Made by a program: the position numbers and the translations under genes | Shown: positions 55,652-64,000 of the stretch, piece after piece | How positions within the stretch are numbered: position 1 is the stretch's first letter | Layout: every line of letters starts with the position of its first letter | Notes under the pieces: generated by a model | Seen by the model: only the letters and a program-made list of their open reading frames with translations | Told to the model about the DNA's origin: nothing | The model's database searches: none | NCBI GenBank assembly: GCA_041499475.1 | Contig: JBGQKI010000010.1 | Coordinates: forward strand, 1,049 to 65,048 | Length of the DNA: 64,000 nt | Source of the DNA: Thermoplasmata archaeon | Lineage (GTDB): Archaea > Thermoplasmatota > DTKX01 > DATEUP01 | Direction of reading: 5' to 3'

Positions 55652-56038
55652 TCACGGCAGGACATTGACGATCGCGGCGTCCGCGTCCAGTTCCACGAAC
55701 GCGCCTTGGGGGATCTTGGTGATGTCGATGCGGTCCACCATCGGGATGCCCGACATGATCGCCCCTGTGGCGATGATGGGCTCGGCCTCCGTGTTGATGA
55801 TGCCCGCAGGGGCAAGGCCGTTGCACTTGAGTTCGTAGATCACGTACGACCCGACGGTCGAGCCGCGGCCGCGCGGGAACACGAGGATCCGGTCGGCCAC
55901 GCTCTCGCCGCGCACCGCCTGGTCGGGGTCTTGGACGACCCCCGTGAGGGGGTCGACACCCCCCAGGAACGAGAGCGGCTTGTTGCACACCAGCGCGTTG
56001 CCGCGCGCCCGCCCGCGGTAGACGCGGCGCCCCGTCAA
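55652..56038 (-). CDS. Aconitase X small (swivel) subunit, DUF126; putative phosphomevalonate dehydratase small subunit
   Basis: PLSFLGGVDP.TG, LVFPRGRGSTVGSYV, PAGIIN, IIATGAIMSGIP. Confidence 0.92.
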   Translation of the reverse strand: MTGRRVYRGRARGNALVCNKPLSFLGGVDPLTGVVQDPDQAVRGESVADRILVFPRGRGSTVGSYVIYELKCNGLAPAGIINTEAEPIIATGAIMSGIPMVDRIDITKIPQGAFVELDADAAIVNVLP

Positions 56039-56063
56039 TTTGACGACCGTGGGAGTTCCCCCC

Positions 56064-57272
56064 TCACTCGGCGGCCGGCCGGCTGATCCATGAGAGCAGC
56101 TCTTCGGTCGAGCCGTAGACGATGCGCTGGGAACCGAACCCTTCCTTCGGCATGTAGAAGGCCGCCTTCGCAGAGTTCAGCGCGGTGACCTTGTGCTTGT
56201 TCTCGACGGGCGTGACGACTTGGCAGGTGTCGACGATGACGCGCCCGAAGCGCTCGATGATCTGCACTTCTTTGCGCAGCGACTGCGCGACGACCTTTGA
56301 GGTCGACATCCAGAGTTCGACGTTTGGCCGGATGCGCTCGCGGCTCTCGAGGAACATCGCCATGTCGATGAGCTCCTCGGCCGAGAGGTGCGGGCACCCG
56401 AACGCGATGAGGTCGACCTCCTCGATCTTCGCGCTGCTGAGCTTCGCGCGCCGCTCGGACACCATCGCGTCGGTGACCTCGATGCGCTCGAGCCCCTTGA
56501 GGTCCTGCTCGTCGGCCTCGGGCGTGATCCCTTCGACATGGAAGAGGGAGAGCGAGCCCCAAGATGCCATCGCAGCGCCGAAGTTCTTCAGGTCGTCGTC
56601 GCCCGGGCGCACGCCGCGGATGAAAGGGACCTTCGTGTCGAGGGCCTCGCCGATGATCGTGCCGACCACGGGGTAGTCCGGGTGGGCCTTCTCCTTGGAG
56701 AGGTTCACCTCCACGATGACCTGCGCCCTGCGGTTCTCGTCGAGGTGCAGTCCATAGTTGGCGGTCTTGCCGATGATCGCCGCGGCCAGCGCGGCCGGCG
56801 CGCCTTCGCGGTTGGTGCGTGCGCCAACCCCCGAGTTGAGGAAAATGCAGTTCGCCGACTCGGCGGAGGCAACGTGCTCGCCGAAATTGGGGCTGCGCCC
56901 GATGAGGAACGGCGTGCATGTGCAGACCATTTCGAGGCCCATTTTCGCGTACGCCTTGAGGATCTCGGCCTGCCGCTGGTTGAAGTGCGCGTCCACACCC
57001 ATCTCCTCCCAGTGTTGGGGGTCGCGCCCGCAGGGGTTGAGCGTGGTGGGCACCGAGACGACGACGCCTTGGCGCGCGAGCTCCTTCAGCCAGCTCAGGC
57101 CGCCCTCGCGGATGGTCTTGTAGGAGACGCCGGAGACATGCGCGCGCGTGATGGGGATGAGCTGGTTGGCGCCGAAGAGGTCGCCGAGCGCGACGAGCAG
57201 TTCCATGGCTTTCTGCTGGCCGGGCCCGCGCTCGCCGCCGAGGGTGGATTCCTCTTCGCGCGTGAGGTGCAT
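56064..57272 (-). CDS. Aconitase X large subunit, DUF521; putative phosphomevalonate dehydratase large subunit
   Basis: MHLTREEE, AHVSGVSY, TLNP, CTCTPF, ESAN...NS..GARTNREG, IAFGCPHLS, DTCQVV. Confidence 0.92.
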   Translation of the reverse strand: MHLTREEESTLGGERGPGQQKAMELLVALGDLFGANQLIPITRAHVSGVSYKTIREGGLSWLKELARQGVVVSVPTTLNPCGRDPQHWEEMGVDAHFNQRQAEILKAYAKMGLEMVCTCTPFLIGRSPNFGEHVASAESANCIFLNSGVGARTNREGAPAALAAAIIGKTANYGLHLDENRRAQVIVEVNLSKEKAHPDYPVVGTIIGEALDTKVPFIRGVRPGDDDLKNFGAAMASWGSLSLFHVEGITPEADEQDLKGLERIEVTDAMVSERRAKLSSAKIEEVDLIAFGCPHLSAEELIDMAMFLESRERIRPNVELWMSTSKVVAQSLRKEVQIIERFGRVIVDTCQVVTPVENKHKVTALNSAKAAFYMPKEGFGSQRIVYGSTEELLSWISRPAAE

Positions 57273-57339
57273 CGGTCCCGCTCCAGTCTGCAAGGGAGCC
57301 TGCTCGCCACGCGATAAACGTTCGGGGGGCGCGCCTTGT

Positions 57340-58476
57340 TCAACGGCGGCGCGGCGGTCGAGGCCGGGCCCGCGAAACGCTGATCAAGCTTGCCGCCGCC
57401 GCGATGGCCGCCACGCCGGCAAGCCCCTCAAATCCCGGGAGGAAGCCCGCGGCCGCCTTCTTTGACTTGGGGAAGACTAAGGGAGCCGACGACACGTTCG
57501 TGTAATTGACATCCGACCCTACGTACCGCGCCGCGAGGGTGACAAAGTAGTCCCCGCTCGTGGTGGTGCCCTGCCCGTCGAAGTTCCAGTGCCAGACGAG
57601 CGTCGTGCCGTTGATCGGGTCGACGCGGGTGTCGACCTGCTTGACGAAGGCGTCCTGCGAGTTCGTCGGCCCGTTGAAGGTGACGGTGTAGACCTTGTCT
57701 GCAACATCGACACTGAAGGCGTCCTTGACGATCTCCGTGAGGTTGATCGCACCGCCTTCCATCTTGATGTCGGCAAGGGTGAGGTTGAAGGGGTTGGTCA
57801 CAAAGTCAACGCGGGAACGGTAGAGGTCGCTGTAGTAGTAGAAGGTGGACCCCTTCGAAGGCCCCACGGGGAGGGGCGAAGAGGTCGAGCGGTACTGGAG
57901 GTTGAACGCGACTTGGGAGCCCCTGGGGAACGCGAGTTGGTTCATGCGGCTGTTGCCGGCGTCCATGTGGAGCTCCTCGGGCGAGGCCGACAGCGACTTC
58001 GTCTCGGTGTTGAGCTGGCCGATGTTGTTGCCGTTAAGCTCGACATTGATGGTGAACCGGACGTTCTGGGCCCCCTGGTCGGAAGACGCCCAGACCGAGA
58101 GCCCGTCGAGGGAGTCGAGCGCCATGCCCTCCTCGGAAAGCGTTACGGCCCACGTGCCCACGTTCGTGATGAGCGTGCGCGGGAAGCTCACGCCGGGCGC
58201 GTCGGCGGTCTGGCCGTGGGTTTCGTTGAACGGGGAAATGGGCGTGATCAGCATGCTCTTGCCGAAGAAAAACGAGGTGATTTGTCCGGTGGAGCCGGCG
58301 CGAGGCGCGGAAGGCGCCGGTGCCGAAGGCCCGGGCATTGCGGCCGCCGCGCCGGCGCCAAACATGAAGCTGAACGTGCACAAGAGCGCGAAGGCGACGC
58401 GGGCCCTTGACGTGGGGGTGAATAGGGCCATCCAGAACGCGCTCCTTGGCTCGCCCGATTCGATCGGGAGGAGCAT
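57340..58476 (-). CDS. Secreted surface protein with PGF-CTERM
   Basis: Signal-like VAFALLCTFSFMFGAGAAAA; sequon-rich beta domain; C-terminus FLPGFEGLAGVAAIAAAASLISVSRARPRPPRRR; start uncertain (58476 or 58431). Confidence 0.8.
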   Translation of the reverse strand: MLLPIESGEPRSAFWMALFTPTSRARVAFALLCTFSFMFGAGAAAAMPGPSAPAPSAPRAGSTGQITSFFFGKSMLITPISPFNETHGQTADAPGVSFPRTLITNVGTWAVTLSEEGMALDSLDGLSVWASSDQGAQNVRFTINVELNGNNIGQLNTETKSLSASPEELHMDAGNSRMNQLAFPRGSQVAFNLQYRSTSSPLPVGPSKGSTFYYYSDLYRSRVDFVTNPFNLTLADIKMEGGAINLTEIVKDAFSVDVADKVYTVTFNGPTNSQDAFVKQVDTRVDPINGTTLVWHWNFDGQGTTTSGDYFVTLAARYVGSDVNYTNVSSAPLVFPKSKKAAAGFLPGFEGLAGVAAIAAAASLISVSRARPRPPRRR

Positions 58477-58520
58477 ATTTGAAGGTATTTGGGTCGGCCC
58501 GACCTTGGCGCTGGCGCCGT

Positions 58521-59366
58521 TCAAAACGCGCGCGCAAGAGCAGGTGCGGCCGATACGCGGGCGGTCGCGCTCTCGACGGTGTCGGTGGACACGAGGTCGT
58601 CAAGGACGGCGTGGAGTTTCTTGAGGGCCCCCCCGGCGTAGAGCCCGTGGGTGCAGGCCGCCGAGACGGAGGCCGCGCCCGCTTCCTTCAGCGCCTTTGC
58701 GGCGGCCGCGATCGTGCCGCCCGTGGAGATGATGTCGTCGAGGATGGCGACGCGCTTGCCGCGCGCGTCGAGCTCCTTGGGCGCAATCTCGACGCGCTCC
58801 CCGTCGATCCGTGTCTTGACGAGGTGGTCGAAGGCGACGCCCATGGCCTCGGCGACGGGCCGGACGCGGTCGAGCGAGCCTTCGTCGGGCGACACGACGA
58901 GGTCGACGCGCTTGGAGGCGAGGTACCGGCCGAGTTCCCCCAGCGCGGAGACGTTGCGCGCGCGCGGGGAGATTTGGGCGAGCACGGACTGCTCGTGGAT
59001 GTCGATGGTGAGGAATTCGTCCCACCCTTCAGCGAGCACGCGGCCAAGTGCGGTGGACGAGAGCGCTTCGCCCGACTTGAACCGCTTGTCTTGGCGCGCG
59101 TAAGAGAAATACGGGACGACCATCACGGCGCGGCGCGGCCGCATGGCGAGCACGGCGTCGCGCAAGAGCAGCGCCTCGACGAAGTGCGGGTCGGGCCACG
59201 TCGTCTGGAGGACGACGACCTCGCGCCCTGCGAGGTCCTCCCCGACGCGGACATAGGCCTCGCCGTCGGGGAAGCGCCGGAGCTCGGTGGGGACGACCTT
59301 GGAGTTCAGCTCGACGGCGAGCCGAGCGCCCAAGAGGCCCGAAGCCGACCCCGCGATGACGTCCAC
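58521..59366 (-). CDS. prs: Ribose-phosphate pyrophosphokinase
   Basis: RRFPDGEAYVR, VPYFSYARQDKRFKSGE, TIDIH, SPDEG, ILDDIISTGGTI. Confidence 0.95.
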   Translation of the reverse strand: MDVIAGSASGLLGARLAVELNSKVVPTELRRFPDGEAYVRVGEDLAGREVVVLQTTWPDPHFVEALLLRDAVLAMRPRRAVMVVPYFSYARQDKRFKSGEALSSTALGRVLAEGWDEFLTIDIHEQSVLAQISPRARNVSALGELGRYLASKRVDLVVSPDEGSLDRVRPVAEAMGVAFDHLVKTRIDGERVEIAPKELDARGKRVAILDDIISTGGTIAAAAKALKEAGAASVSAACTHGLYAGGALKKLHAVLDDLVSTDTVESATARVSAAPALARAF

Positions 59367-59433
59367 GGTTTGCCGCCCTTCCCGGGCAAGGCCGGGGTCG
59401 CAAAAGAACGTATGCGGGGCGCGGGGGGCTCCA

Positions 59434-59784
59434 TCACGACTGTTTCGTGTCCAGCGAATCGATCGTCGCCGGGGATTCGTAGGCCGGTTCGGCGCGCTTG
59501 CCCTTGAGCAGGAACGCGAGGAAGGCCACGAACAGCCCCACAAGCGCGCCGAAGGAGATCAGGGCCCCGAGCAGGCCCCAGAGCGCGTAAATGAAATTGA
59601 TGATGGGGCCAAGGTAGCCGAGGATGGTGAGGCCGACCAACGTGGTGAGCGCAAGCCCGACGATTGCAAACACGAGCTTGACGCGCTCGCCCCGCGGACG
59701 CTCGAAGGGCGCGGCGGCGCGGACGCGCGCCGTCAGCGGTCGGCCGCCGGAGGCAGGCGGCGCGGGAGCGCCCTGCACCCTCAT
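59434..59784 (-). CDS. Small 2-TM membrane protein (hypothetical)
   Basis: Two long hydrophobic segments; lies between AIM24 and prs on the same strand. Confidence 0.6.
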   Translation of the reverse strand: MRVQGAPAPPASGGRPLTARVRAAAPFERPRGERVKLVFAIVGLALTTLVGLTILGYLGPIINFIYALWGLLGALISFGALVGLFVAFLAFLLKGKRAEPAYESPATIDSLDTKQS

Positions 59785-59791
59785 CCCCCCA

Positions 59792-60469
59792 TCAGCGCCC
59801 GCTGCCGACCACGAGCGAGCGGCGCAGCTCATCGAGGCTCATCGTCTGCAGGTAGATCTTGCCGGGGCCCGTGAGCGAGGCGAGGAAGATCCCCTCCCCG
59901 CCAAAGGCCATGGTCTTCAGCCCGCCGGCGGCCTGGACGTCGTAGGTGACGGTCTGGTCCCACGCGACGGCCTTTCCCGTGTCGACGAGCATCTTCTGGC
60001 CCGGCGCGAGCGTCATTTCGATGATGTCGCCAAGCGCTTCGAGGAACACCGTGCCCTCCCCCCGGTACCGCTGGATGATGAGGCCCTCCCCGCCGAACAC
60101 GCCGGCCATGATCTTCTTCTGCATCGCGGTTTCGAGCACGACGCCGTCCTCGGCGCAGAGGAATGCGGTCTTCTGCCCCATGAGGACCTTCCCGCCGCGC
60201 AGGTCCGCGGGGATGATCCGGCCGGGCAGGTGGGCGGCGAAGGCCACGACGCCGGGCCCGCCCTGCGAGACGAATTCCGTCAAGAAGAACGACTCCCCGG
60301 TGAGCGCTTTGCGCGCAAGGCCCGACATCAGGCCGCCACGGGCCTTGGCCGACATCTGGACGTTCGCGCTCATGTAGATCATCGAGCCGGCGTCCGCGTA
60401 CACCTTGTCGTTCGGCAGGACCTCGCAAACGAGCGCTGGCATGTTGTTTCCCATGATTTGCCACTTCAT
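59792..60469 (-). CDS. AIM24/TIGR00266 family protein
   Basis: ADAGSMIYMS, LTGESFF, GQKTAFLC, FGGEGL..Q...GEG, VDTG..VAW, FGGEG...ASLTGPGKIYLQT. Confidence 0.92.
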   Translation of the reverse strand: MKWQIMGNNMPALVCEVLPNDKVYADAGSMIYMSANVQMSAKARGGLMSGLARKALTGESFFLTEFVSQGGPGVVAFAAHLPGRIIPADLRGGKVLMGQKTAFLCAEDGVVLETAMQKKIMAGVFGGEGLIIQRYRGEGTVFLEALGDIIEMTLAPGQKMLVDTGKAVAWDQTVTYDVQAAGGLKTMAFGGEGIFLASLTGPGKIYLQTMSLDELRRSLVVGSGR

Positions 60470-60713
60470 TGAAAGCCCCGGAAAAGGTCACTCTGTTATC
60501 CGACTTAAAACGCGCGATCGACGAGAACCCAGCGGTTCACAGGAAATTGGATTCTCAGCCTCCGTGGGACGATAAACAATCATTAAATATTGAGGGACGC
60601 TGGAACAGCGCGCGGCCTGGAACATCTGGAAAGCTCCGCAAATGCGAGAAAGTCATTAAGTATGAACCTCACCCTAAAAATGCCTCCGCGACATGCGCCA
60701 TAAGGGATCGTCC

Positions 60714-62735
60714 ATGAGCCTACCCGGAAACCCCGCACCCGCCTCCCCCCTGGACGGCGATGGGCAGGCGCCGATGCTTGCTCCGGTCGAGGAGTGGATC
60801 AAGAGCCAGCAGTTCGAGACGACGGCCGACCTTGAAATCCCGGACCGGCTCCTCGAACAGGTGATTGGACAAGAGGAAGCCGTCCAGGTCGTGCGCAAGG
60901 CCGCCGAGCAGCACCGGCACGTAATGCTGATTGGCCCGCCGGGGACAGGCAAGTCGATGCTCGCGCGGTCGATGACGGAGCTGATGCCCCGCGAGGAGTT
61001 GCAGGACGTCATCGCCTACCCGAACCCCGAGGACTCGAATGCGCCCAAGGTGCGCGTGGTGCCGGCAAGCAAGGGCAAGGAGATTGTGGCCGAGCAGAAG
61101 GCCGAGGCGATGCAGAAGCGCAAGGACCAGCGCACCTTCTTCGGCCTCATCATCATGATGGTCGTCCTGTTCTCCGTGATCATGGCGATCCGGCCACCGG
61201 GCAGCATCCCGCCCTTTGACGCGGGGACGATCCTCTTTGGGATCATTGCGGCCGCGATCCTGTGGCTGGCCTTCTCGTATCGGGCGGGCCGGCAGGAAAC
61301 GGCGATGATCCCGAAGTTGCTGATCTCGCACGACACCGACGAGATGCCGCCCTTCATCGACGCGACGGGGTCGCACGCCGGCGCGCTGCTTGGCGATGTC
61401 AGGCATGATCCGTTTCAGTCAGGGGGCCTGGAGACCCCCGCGCACGAGCGCGTGGAGCCGGGCGCGATCCACAAGGCGAACAAGGGCGTGCTCTTCATTG
61501 ACGAGATCAACACGCTACGCATCGAGAGCCAGCAGTCGCTGCTCACCGCGATGCAGGAGAAGGAGTTCTCGATCGTCGGCCAGAGCGAGCGCTCGTCGGG
61601 CGCGATGGTCAAGTCGGAGCCGGTGCCGACCGACTTCATCCTGGTCGCGGCGGGCAATGTGGACGCGCTGCAGGGGATGCACCCTGCGCTACGGTCGCGC
61701 ATCCGCGGCTATGGCTACGAGATCTATGTGCGGTCGGTGATGAACGACACGGACGAAAACCGCAAGGCGCTCATCCGGTTCGTGGCGCAGGAAGTGGCCA
61801 AGGACATGAAGATCCCGCCGCTCAACCGCGACGCGGTCGGCCTCGTGATCAAGGAGGCGCAGCGCCGGTCGGGTTCGCGCGGCAAGCTGAGCTTGCGCCT
61901 GCGCGAGCTTGGGGGCCTCATCCGCACGGCGGGCGATGTGGCCAAGGAGCGCGCGGCGCCGGTCGTTACGGCGGAGCACGTGCTCACCGCCAAGAAGATC
62001 GCGCGCCCGCTCGAGCAGCAGATCGCCGACCAGATGATCGAGCGGATCAAGGACTACAGGGGCCTTGTGACGACGGGCGAGATTGTGGGCCGCGTGAACG
62101 GCCTTGCGGTGCTTGGCGCCGACTCGGGTCTCACCGAGCTCTCGGGGCTCGTGCTACCGATCGTGGCGGAGGTCACTCCCGCGCAGTCGGCGACCGAGGG
62201 GCGGATCATCGCGACGGGGTCGCTTGGCGACATCGCGAAGGAAGCCGTGCAAAATGTGAGCGCGCTTGTGAAGAAGTACACGGGCGCGGACATCCGACAG
62301 CACGACGTCCACATCCAATTCATTGAGACCGCAGGCGGCGGAGTCGAAGGCGACTCGGCGTCGATCTCGGTTGCAACGGCGGTGATCAGCGCGATGGAGA
62401 ACATCCCGGTGGACCAGGCGCTTGCGATGACCGGCTCGCTCTCGGTGCGCGGGCAGGTGCTGCCGGTGGGCGGCATCACGGCCAAGATCGAGGCGGCGGC
62501 GGAGGCCGGGATGAAGCGCGTGATTGTGCCGCGGGCGAACCTGCGCGACGTGCTCATCGAGGAGAAGTACGCGAAGATGATCGAGATCGTGCCGGTGGAC
62601 AACCTGCGCGAGGTCTTGAACGCGGCGCTCGTGGGCCCCGAGAAGAAGGGCTTCCTGGACCGCCTGGCCGACATGGTGAAGGACTTGGGCCGGGCCCGTT
62701 CGGGCATCCCGTTTAGCGATGTGACGCCGCATTAG
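60714..62735 (+). CDS. lonB: Archaeal membrane-anchored ATP-dependent protease LonB
   Basis: [16 protein letters not shown], two TM insert, [37 protein letters not shown] (Ser), GGITAKIEA (Lys). Confidence 0.96.
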   Translation: MSLPGNPAPASPLDGDGQAPMLAPVEEWIKSQQFETTADLEIPDRLLEQVIGQEEAVQVVRKAAEQHRHVMLIGPPGTGKSMLARSMTELMPREELQDVIAYPNPEDSNAPKVRVVPASKGKEIVAEQKAEAMQKRKDQRTFFGLIIMMVVLFSVIMAIRPPGSIPPFDAGTILFGIIAAAILWLAFSYRAGRQETAMIPKLLISHDTDEMPPFIDATGSHAGALLGDVRHDPFQSGGLETPAHERVEPGAIHKANKGVLFIDEINTLRIESQQSLLTAMQEKEFSIVGQSERSSGAMVKSEPVPTDFILVAAGNVDALQGMHPALRSRIRGYGYEIYVRSVMNDTDENRKALIRFVAQEVAKDMKIPPLNRDAVGLVIKEAQRRSGSRGKLSLRLRELGGLIRTAGDVAKERAAPVVTAEHVLTAKKIARPLEQQIADQMIERIKDYRGLVTTGEIVGRVNGLAVLGADSGLTELSGLVLPIVAEVTPAQSATEGRIIATGSLGDIAKEAVQNVSALVKKYTGADIRQHDVHIQFIETAGGGVEGDSASISVATAVISAMENIPVDQALAMTGSLSVRGQVLPVGGITAKIEAAAEAGMKRVIVPRANLRDVLIEEKYAKMIEIVPVDNLREVLNAALVGPEKKGFLDRLADMVKDLGRARSGIPFSDVTPH

Positions 62736-62776
62736 GTCGGCGATGGCCAAGCGGGGCCGGGCACAGGGCGCCCGGA

Positions 62777-63364
62777 TTGCGCGGTGTTTTCAAGGCGGTT
62801 AGCGCTCGCCCGAGCGTGGCAGAAGGCGGGCCGCCGCGCGCCGGGCTCATCATCGGGCGGTTCCAACCTCTGCACTGGGGCCACGTGCGCCTGATGGAGT
62901 GGGTGCGCGGGGACGGGGCGGCCGTGCACCTCGGGATCGGCTCGTCGCAGTTTTCGCACACGCGGGAGAACCCGTTCACGGCGGCGGAGCGGCGCAGGAC
63001 CATCGAGGCGGCGAACAGCGCGCTCGGGCTGCGCTTGGGGCGCGTGGACGATGTGCCCGACATCTTCGACGACGAGAAGTGGGTCGACCATGTGGTTGCA
63101 TGTTGCGGGAAGTTCGACATCGTGTACTCGAACAACGAGTGGACGGCGGGGCTCTTCACGAAGGCCGGGTACGAAGTGCGGGCGACCCCGATGTTCGAGC
63201 GGGAGCGCTACGAAGGCTCGAAGCTGCGCGAGGCGGTCAAGGAGCGGGGGCTCAACAGCGTGGCCGACCTGATCCCCTCGCCGGTGATGGCGGTGCTGAA
63301 GGCGATCGATGCCGAGAAGCGCATCCGCACATCGTGGAATACCTCGACGCCGGCGCGCCGCTAG
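62777..63364 (+). CDS. nadM: Nicotinamide-nucleotide adenylyltransferase
   Basis: IIGRFQPLHWGH, GIGSSQ.SHTRENPFTAAER, WVDHV, YSNN; start uncertain. Confidence 0.9.
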   Translation: MRGVFKAVSARPSVAEGGPPRAGLIIGRFQPLHWGHVRLMEWVRGDGAAVHLGIGSSQFSHTRENPFTAAERRRTIEAANSALGLRLGRVDDVPDIFDDEKWVDHVVACCGKFDIVYSNNEWTAGLFTKAGYEVRATPMFERERYEGSKLREAVKERGLNSVADLIPSPVMAVLKAIDAEKRIRTSWNTSTPARR

Positions 63365-63384
63365 CGGCCGGGCACTGGCGCCGA

Positions 63385-64000
63385 TCAGGTTTGCGGCGGC
63401 TCCGGAGGCACCGCGCCTTTCCGGCGCCGGACCATGAGGGAGCCGGCGAGGGCCGCGGCGGCGAGGACCGCCGCAAGGGCGAGGATCGGGAACTCAGAAC
63501 CGCTCGGAGTCTGTCCGGTCTGGTTCGTTCCGGGTGGCGGCGGGGGCGGCGGAGGCGAGGGAGCGTTGATCGTGAAGTTGACGGTGGAAACGCCGGAGTA
63601 GGGCAGGGAGGCGTTGAAGAGGGCGTCGACCTTGAGGACTGCGGTGTACTCACCGGGCGCAAGGGGGGAAGTCACGACGTGGAAGCCGATCGGCAGGGCG
63701 TTGCCGTTCAACGTCCAGTTGAAGGTGACATTCGTGAGCCGCGGGTCGATGGACGCGGTCAGGTTGACCGAGGCGTTGGCCTCGAAGGTCGCGCCTTGGG
63801 CAGGCGTCGAGATGGAAACGAGGCCGCCCGGCATGGCTTCGACGTTGATGGCCCACAGGTGAGCGGCGTACGAGCCTCCGTCGGTGACATTGACGCGCAC
63901 GCTGAACGTGCCCGGGCTCGGGAACGAGAGGTTTGCGGTCTCGATGCCGCCGCCGTTTGCGAAGACGATGCCATCGCGCTCCCAAGTGAATTCGAGGAAA
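63385..64000 (-). CDS. Partial (5' end outside the window) PKD/Ig-like surface protein with a Pro linker and C-terminal TM-RRRK anchor
   Basis: Frame open to the window edge; FTWERDG, PGTFSVRVNVTDG, FNWTLNG, poly-Pro, ILALAAVLAAAALAGSLMVRRRK. Confidence 0.8.
   Translation of the reverse strand, partial: FLEFTWERDGIVFANGGGIETANLSFPSPGTFSVRVNVTDGGSYAAHLWAINVEAMPGGLVSISTPAQGATFEANASVNLTASIDPRLTNVTFNWTLNGNALPIGFHVVTSPLAPGEYTAVLKVDALFNASLPYSGVSTVNFTINAPSPPPPPPPPGTNQTGQTPSGSEFPILALAAVLAAAALAGSLMVRRRKGAVPPEPPQT

Noticed and set aside
1-64000. Mobile elements, defence systems, tRNA/rRNA
   Set aside because: No transposase, integrase, nuclease, cas gene, terminal inverted repeats or tRNA T-loop/cloverleaf recognised; composition is uniform apart from the strand bias.

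Overview
GC-rich (roughly two-thirds G+C by eye) archaeal chromosomal DNA, most likely an uncultured Thermoplasmatota lineage (inference). Archaeal evidence: membrane-anchored LonB, DacZ-type diadenylate cyclase, NadM, Trm112, a split AcnX pair, PGF-/PEF-CTERM sorting signals and TATA-type promoters. It is densely coding; I found no rRNA, tRNA, CRISPR array or mobile element. Left to right: a 'headless' complex I operon (nuoA-B-C-D-[H+I fused]-J1-J2-K-L-M-N, no nuoEFG); acyl-CoA dehydrogenase; ABC-2 exporter; EtfAB; purM; amrS; a five-gene DUF4129 giant surface protein/DUF4350/MoxR/DUF58/membrane protein operon; dacZ-acyP; Nudix; moaE-moaC-moaB-moeA with a divergent Lrp; rpe; a 1049-aa double-anchored protein with an (R/Q)(V/T)NGG x17 repeat; glmU-glmS; two tandem-USP genes; VIT1; site-2 protease with an extra extracellular domain; gcvT-gcvH; trm112; a degenerate MTAP homolog; AcnX large and small subunits; prs; AIM24; lonB; nadM; several surface proteins. 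Most interesting: (1) a G/C strand-bias inversion at about 23-25 kb inside an intact operon; (2) headless Nuo with a NuoH-NuoI fusion clustered with acyl-CoA dehydrogenase and bifurcating-type EtfAB; (3) the NGG-repeat protein and its 21-bp-periodic upstream region; (4) apparent ACG/CTG initiation; (5) an MTAP pseudoenzyme. All product calls come from motif recognition, not database searches. Many start codons were re-placed by hand from SD/TATA/overlap context.
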